DNA of 64,000 bases. It comes from Desulfobacterales bacterium. GTDB lineage: Bacteria > Desulfobacterota > Desulfobacteria > Desulfobacterales > UBA5852. The notes under the pieces were generated by a model. That model saw nothing but the letters and a program-made list of their open reading frames with translations. It made no database searches and had not been told where the DNA came from. The translations under genes and the position numbers were made by a program. The stretch is from contig CAXXVS010000002.1 in assembly GCA_963674755.2 (NCBI GenBank), forward strand, positions 992,001 to 1,056,000, written 5' to 3'. Below are positions 59,329 through 64,000 of this stretch, piece after piece. Position 1 is the stretch's first letter; every line of letters begins with the position of its first letter.

Positions 59329-60039
59329 ATGCCGACCATCACTCTCAGATTTAAGAACAACATCATTGAAACGCGCGAAATGCAGCTCGGCCAGTCCCTC
59401 ACGATCGGACGATTGGAGGACAACGATATCGTCATCGAAAATCTTGCCGTATCCGGGCACCATGCTAAAATCGACTCGGTCGGAGAGGGATATCTTCTGA
59501 CGGACTTGCAGAGCAAAAACGGCTGTTTCGTCAATGAAAAGCTGGTGGCCGTGCATTGGCTCGATCATGGCGACAAGATCAGTATCGGCAAGCACCTCCT
59601 GCAATTCACCTTCAAGGAGGGCGAGCCGCGTCCGTCAACCCCTACCCCTGATCAGCGGGACATGACGATGGTCATGGATACCGGGAAGTACCACGACATG
59701 TTGTCCAAAAGCGGCGGCGCAGAGCGCTTGTCATCCGAGGCCGACAAACCGGTGGGCGTTCTTTCCTACCTCGCCGGAGGTGAAGGTGAAGTCGAACTTG
59801 CGCGCAAACTGATCAAAATAGGTAAGGATTCCAATAGCGACATTCATGTCAGCGGATTGACCATCGGCCATACTTCGGCCACCATCAGCAAGCGTCCCAC
59901 CGGATACGTTTTAAGCTATGTCGCCGGACTGTCCAAACCCAAGGTCAATGGCAAAACTGTCAAGCAATCCGTGGCATTGAGGGAATTCGATGTCATCGAA
60001 ATCGGTTCTTTAAAGATGCAGTTCTTTACCAAAGAATGA
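59329..60039 (+). CDS. tandem FHA-domain protein
   Basis: TIGR..NDIVI..VSGHHA..DLQSKNG; second FHA-like unit KIGK..SDI..PKVNG..IEIG; GAGG RBS. Confidence 0.9.
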   Translation: MPTITLRFKNNIIETREMQLGQSLTIGRLEDNDIVIENLAVSGHHAKIDSVGEGYLLTDLQSKNGCFVNEKLVAVHWLDHGDKISIGKHLLQFTFKEGEPRPSTPTPDQRDMTMVMDTGKYHDMLSKSGGAERLSSEADKPVGVLSYLAGGEGEVELARKLIKIGKDSNSDIHVSGLTIGHTSATISKRPTGYVLSYVAGLSKPKVNGKTVKQSVALREFDVIEIGSLKMQFFTKE

Positions 60040-60178
60040 CGGATTGGTAAAAAAGCATCACTGCGTTTTGCGGTTCCTTCTCCACTAAAGCGGCGTACCC
60101 TGACCCTGAATACGCTTTTGGTCCCCGCGTTAACGGTGTTCTTTAGGATTCACAAGCCTTTTTCTTATGGTTTGACGT

Positions 60179-61588
60179 GTGAAACTCGCCTTTCTTCATT
60201 ACCATCTCAAACCCGGTGGTGTCACAACTGTCCTGCGGCATCAAATACAGGCGCTTCGAGATGATGCCCAGCTGTTGGTTATCAGTGGTGAAACACCGCC
60301 TCCCGATTTTCCATGCAAAGTCGTTTGCGTCCCCGGGGTGGGGTATTCATCCCCGGATCGTCTCCCCCAGCAGGCCGGCCAGACAGCGGATGAAATCCGC
60401 CAAACCATACGGCAGTATTTCCGTGGGCCGTGTGATCTCCTTCATATCCATAATCCGCTCTTGGCCAAAAACCGCCTGTTTCTCGATATCATCCAATCCC
60501 TGCAGCAATCCGGGACGACGCTTTTCTTGCAGATCCACGACTTCGCCGAGGACGGCCGCCCCCTGGCGTCTTACAGCGACACGCCCTACCCCAGGGATTG
60601 TCACTACGGCGTGATCAATACCCGGGATTTCAACAACCTGATGAAGGCGGGACTGTCCCCTAAAGGCCTTCACCTCTTGCCCAATTGCATCGACCGCTTC
60701 GAGGGAACAGCGGAGGCTGTCCGGGAATCCTATGCCCTGTATCCGGTCAGGGCCATTCGCCGCAAAAACGTCGGCGAGGCGCTACTCTTATCGCTCTATC
60801 TGCCAGAAGGCCAGTCCGTCTTCTTCACCCAGCCGCCCAACAGCCCGGTGGACATTCCCAGCTATACGGGCTGGAAATCCTTTGCGGCCGCGCATCACCT
60901 GCCGGTGCGCTTTGAAATGGGAAAGCAACGACCTTTTCCATCTCTGGTGGCATCCGCATCATGGGTTTTAACCACCAGCATTTCCGAGGGATTCGGTTTT
61001 GCCTTTTTAGAACCATGGACCGCCGGCAAGGGACTGAAAGGACGCCTGATTCCTGATATCTGTCAGGATTTTTTAAACAACGGTATCATTTTGCCGTATT
61101 TGTATGATCGTATTGAAGTACCCATGGAATGGTGGGGACGCCAGCGCATCTTGGATCATTTTGCCGATTGTCTGGCATCCAACCGCCACGCTTATGGATC
61201 GCTATGGCCCCGGCCATGGGAGGAAACCTGCCTGGGTGCGCTCCAGCAAAGCAGCCGCATCGATTTCGGGATGTTGGATGAGGGGCTTCAAAGGGAATGC
61301 ATCGAACGGGTTTGTCATGATCCCATCCGTCGCCAGGAATTACTGGCAAGGAACCCGTCACTGGCAGCCATGCTCACTTCTAACGCTTCCCGTTCGACCA
61401 TCGTGCAGAACCAGGGCAGGATCGTATCCGCGTACGATCCCGATCGCTATCGGGAACATTTGCTCCAAATCTATAGCCGAATTTTGCAAGGACCGGTCAG
61501 GCATGCCATTGATCGGAGGCGTCTTCTGGCGGCCTTTCTAAAACCGGACCGTTTCAGTCTCCTGAAATGGGGTGCCTATCATGGCTGA
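60179..61588 (+). CDS. GT-B (family 4-like) glycosyltransferase
   Basis: HYHLKPGGVTTV, HDFAEDGR, YPVRAIRRKNVGE, TSISEGFGFAFLEPW. Confidence 0.8.
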   Translation: MKLAFLHYHLKPGGVTTVLRHQIQALRDDAQLLVISGETPPPDFPCKVVCVPGVGYSSPDRLPQQAGQTADEIRQTIRQYFRGPCDLLHIHNPLLAKNRLFLDIIQSLQQSGTTLFLQIHDFAEDGRPLASYSDTPYPRDCHYGVINTRDFNNLMKAGLSPKGLHLLPNCIDRFEGTAEAVRESYALYPVRAIRRKNVGEALLLSLYLPEGQSVFFTQPPNSPVDIPSYTGWKSFAAAHHLPVRFEMGKQRPFPSLVASASWVLTTSISEGFGFAFLEPWTAGKGLKGRLIPDICQDFLNNGIILPYLYDRIEVPMEWWGRQRILDHFADCLASNRHAYGSLWPRPWEETCLGALQQSSRIDFGMLDEGLQRECIERVCHDPIRRQELLARNPSLAAMLTSNASRSTIVQNQGRIVSAYDPDRYREHLLQIYSRILQGPVRHAIDRRRLLAAFLKPDRFSLLKWGAYHG

Positions 61589-62420
61589 TCAAGATATTCT
61601 ACGGCATCTTCATCTCCTTGAGCCCATTCCCAGCGCCACCCCGCCGGGTGGTCGACTTAGCGGGCCGATTCAAGCCGTCCTGTTCGATATATACGGCACC
61701 CTATTTATCAGCGGTTGCGGTGATATCGGTGTGACCGAAGCAAGCCCCCCCATTACATCCGCCTTAACGGATGTGTTGCGCACCTTCCACATCGAGACAT
61801 CACCGCCGGATCTCACCCGACACCTGCATCGCAAAATCCGTGACGAACACCGACGCAAACAGGCCGATGGCATCGGGTGCCCGGAAATCGATATTATTTC
61901 AATCTGGCAGGCGATTCTTGGCTGGGCCGATGAGAGGCGTGTACGCGCCTTCGCCCTTGCATACGAATGGGCGGTGAATCCCTGTTATCCCATGCCGGGC
62001 CTTGACCACACCCTACGCGTGCTTCGAGGTCGGGGACTGTCTCTGGGGCTTGTCTCGAACGCCCAGTTTTACACTCCCTTGCTGTTTGAATGGTTCCTGG
62101 GAGCCTCCCCCCCAGAGCTGGGCTTTGATGAAGAGCTGTCCGTATATTCCTATCGTTGCGGCGAAGCCAAACCAGCTAAAACATTATTTAACCGTTGTGC
62201 AACCAACCTCGGCCAAAAGGGTCTATCGCCCTCGTCTGTGGCCTATGTCGGCAATGACATGCGCAATGACATCCGGCCGGCCTCCGAAATGGGTTGGCAA
62301 ACCGTCCTCTTTGCCGGAGATCGCCGATCGTTGCGCCTGCGTCAAGACGACCGCGGCTGCCAGGGAATCCTTCCCGACCTGGTGATCACGGATTTACGCG
62401 AATTGCTTTATTGGCTCTGA
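61581..62420 (+). CDS. HAD-superfamily hydrolase
   Basis: FDIYGTL, VSN, KP, YVGNDMRND; overlaps the GT stop. Confidence 0.9.
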   Translation: MADQDILRHLHLLEPIPSATPPGGRLSGPIQAVLFDIYGTLFISGCGDIGVTEASPPITSALTDVLRTFHIETSPPDLTRHLHRKIRDEHRRKQADGIGCPEIDIISIWQAILGWADERRVRAFALAYEWAVNPCYPMPGLDHTLRVLRGRGLSLGLVSNAQFYTPLLFEWFLGASPPELGFDEELSVYSYRCGEAKPAKTLFNRCATNLGQKGLSPSSVAYVGNDMRNDIRPASEMGWQTVLFAGDRRSLRLRQDDRGCQGILPDLVITDLRELLYWL

Positions 62421-62521
62421 CCTGCCGTTTTCGGGAGCCGTTTGCCACCCAAGGGGCAGGTGGTCAGCGTGTTGCATTCTAACTGTCTGATATTCATTTG
62501 GTAAAATGACGTTTTATTTGC

Positions 62522-62549
62522 TTGCAAAACACGTCAGGTGAGCTATAAT
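62522..62549 (+). promoter_or_regulatory. sigma-70 promoter candidate
   Basis: TTGCAA-N16-TATAAT. Confidence 0.5.
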
Positions 62550-62785
62550 TTCGAGCATTGGATGGTGATTTCAATTTTCCGGACGACCGGGGTCAGTCCG
62601 GATATCCCAAAAACAGAGTTTACCCATGTAAACCTATAGTGTCTGATTGTCATAAAGGAAGGCTGATTTCCCCCGACTTCGCCCGAAGTCTTTAGCGTTG
62701 CCGCTTCCGGTGCAATTCACCTGAATATGGCCTATGGGCAAACTCGTGGGCCGTACTTCGAACCATCACCCGCATACAATTATCA

Positions 62786-64000
62786 ATGTTCGATCAACTT
62801 GCGATTCTGGTTATTTTGCTCTTTCTTTCCGGCTTTTTTTCTTCGGCGGAAACCGCTCTTTTCTCCATCAGCCAGACCAAAGCGCGCCATCTGGCCAAAG
62901 ACGGCGGGCGGGCGGGCGCATTGATATGCGATATGAAAGAAAACCCGCACCGGCTGCTGACAACCATTCTTATCGGAAACAATGTGGTCAATGTCGGCGC
63001 AGCCTCCCTGGCCACCTCCCTGACCATCGGCATGTTTCCCGGGTATGCGGTGGGAATCGCCACCGGCGCGATGACCTTTCTGATCCTGGTTTTTGGCGAA
63101 GTCTTCCCCAAATCCATCGCCACCCGCAATAATGTGCTCATTGGCCGGCTTGCCATCTACCCGATCTATTGGCTTTCGATCCTGTTCTACCCGGTGTTGG
63201 TTTTCCTCAATTTCATTCCGTATTTAACCGGAAAAATCAAGAAATCGCCCCGGGTTACCGAAGAGGAACTGATGACCATTGTGGAGGCCGTCGAGGAAGA
63301 GGGTCAGATCAAGGAAGAAGAACGGGAACTGATTCACAACGTATTTGAATTCGATGATACCAACTCCTCCGAAATCATGACGCCGCGTGGCGATATGTTC
63401 GTCATCGATGCCGATGAGCCTTTGGATCTGCGCACCATCCTGTCATCCGGCTACACACGCATCCCGGTAATCGAAGGCGATATGGATCATATTGTCGGCA
63501 TCATCAATATCAAGGACCTTTTTTACCATTCCGTGATTTCCGATACACCCGTCGATGTGCGCCAAATTATGCGCCCCCCCTATTTTGTCCCCGAGCATAA
63601 AAAGCTGGATAAGCTCCTCCAGCAATTTAAAAAGCGGCGCAACCACATGGCGGTTGTCGTGGACGAACACGGCGGGGTGTCGGGGATCATCACGCTTGAA
63701 GACGCCATCGAAGAACTCGTGGGGGATATTTCGGACGAGACAGACAAGGAAGAGCAACACATTATCAGTCTCAAACCGAAAGAATGGGCGGTTCTGGGTA
63801 AAGCCGATATCGATGAGGTCAATCAGGAAATCCCCATGGGGATTCCCGATTCCAAGGAATACGACACCTTCTCTGGTTATGTCCTATACAGAATCGGGCG
63901 TATCCCCCAGGAAAAAGAGGAAATCACCATTGACGCTTTCCGTGTAACGGTCAAGGAAGTGGATGGCGTTCGTATCAAAAAATATATCGTTTGCCAAATC
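62786..64000 (+). CDS. CNNM/HlyC/CorC-family CBS-domain membrane protein (runs off the window; missing from the ORF track)
   Basis: MFDQLAILVILLFLSGFFSSAETALFS, LTTILIGNN, FGEVFPKS, EIMTPR, GYTRIPV, VVDEHGG..GIITLED.IEELVG. Confidence 0.93.
   Translation, partial: MFDQLAILVILLFLSGFFSSAETALFSISQTKARHLAKDGGRAGALICDMKENPHRLLTTILIGNNVVNVGAASLATSLTIGMFPGYAVGIATGAMTFLILVFGEVFPKSIATRNNVLIGRLAIYPIYWLSILFYPVLVFLNFIPYLTGKIKKSPRVTEEELMTIVEAVEEEGQIKEEERELIHNVFEFDDTNSSEIMTPRGDMFVIDADEPLDLRTILSSGYTRIPVIEGDMDHIVGIINIKDLFYHSVISDTPVDVRQIMRPPYFVPEHKKLDKLLQQFKKRRNHMAVVVDEHGGVSGIITLEDAIEELVGDISDETDKEEQHIISLKPKEWAVLGKADIDEVNQEIPMGIPDSKEYDTFSGYVLYRIGRIPQEKEEITIDAFRVTVKEVDGVRIKKYIVCQI

Noticed and set aside
62530..62545. 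M-box riboswitch (CGTCAGGTGAG resembles its 5' end)
   Set aside because: The remaining M-box motifs are absent and the segment sits in a promoter spacer.

Overview
Bacterial chromosomal window; gene content and sequence style suggest a Desulfobacterales-like deltaproteobacterium (inference). From left to right: (1) a non-housekeeping chaperone locus made of an acidic-tailed GrpE, a lid-less Hsp70 and an 825-aa single-pass membrane protein with degenerate J-domains and TerB-like repeats inside and a DUF1566/Lcl C-type-lectin-like domain outside; (2) EF-G2 and the xseA-xseB-ispA-dxs-tlyA block, a YccA homologue, glmM and an acetyltransferase-only GlmU-like gene; (3) a ~31-kb surface-glycan locus (MarR regulator, rml genes, GT2/GT4s, Wzx, two sulfotransferases, three methyltransferases, acyltransferases, deacetylase, CapD/PglF) with an AT-rich core, an IS1182-like element with one nonsense codon, a MITE, IS remnants and a secreted FnIII protein with three 117-aa repeats; (4) an aroA-aroC-aminotransferase-tyrA operon preceded by an unannotated leader peptide (FGYYW) and a full attenuator structure; (5) VOC protein, manA, a Ser/Thr kinase-PP2C-FHA module, a glycosyltransferase-HAD pair and a CNNM/CorC gene running off the right edge. 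No tRNA, rRNA or CRISPR array was seen. Best candidates for something undescribed: the Hsp70/GrpE/J-lectin membrane system and the Phe/Tyr/Trp-sensing attenuator. All family calls are from motif recognition by eye, not database searches.
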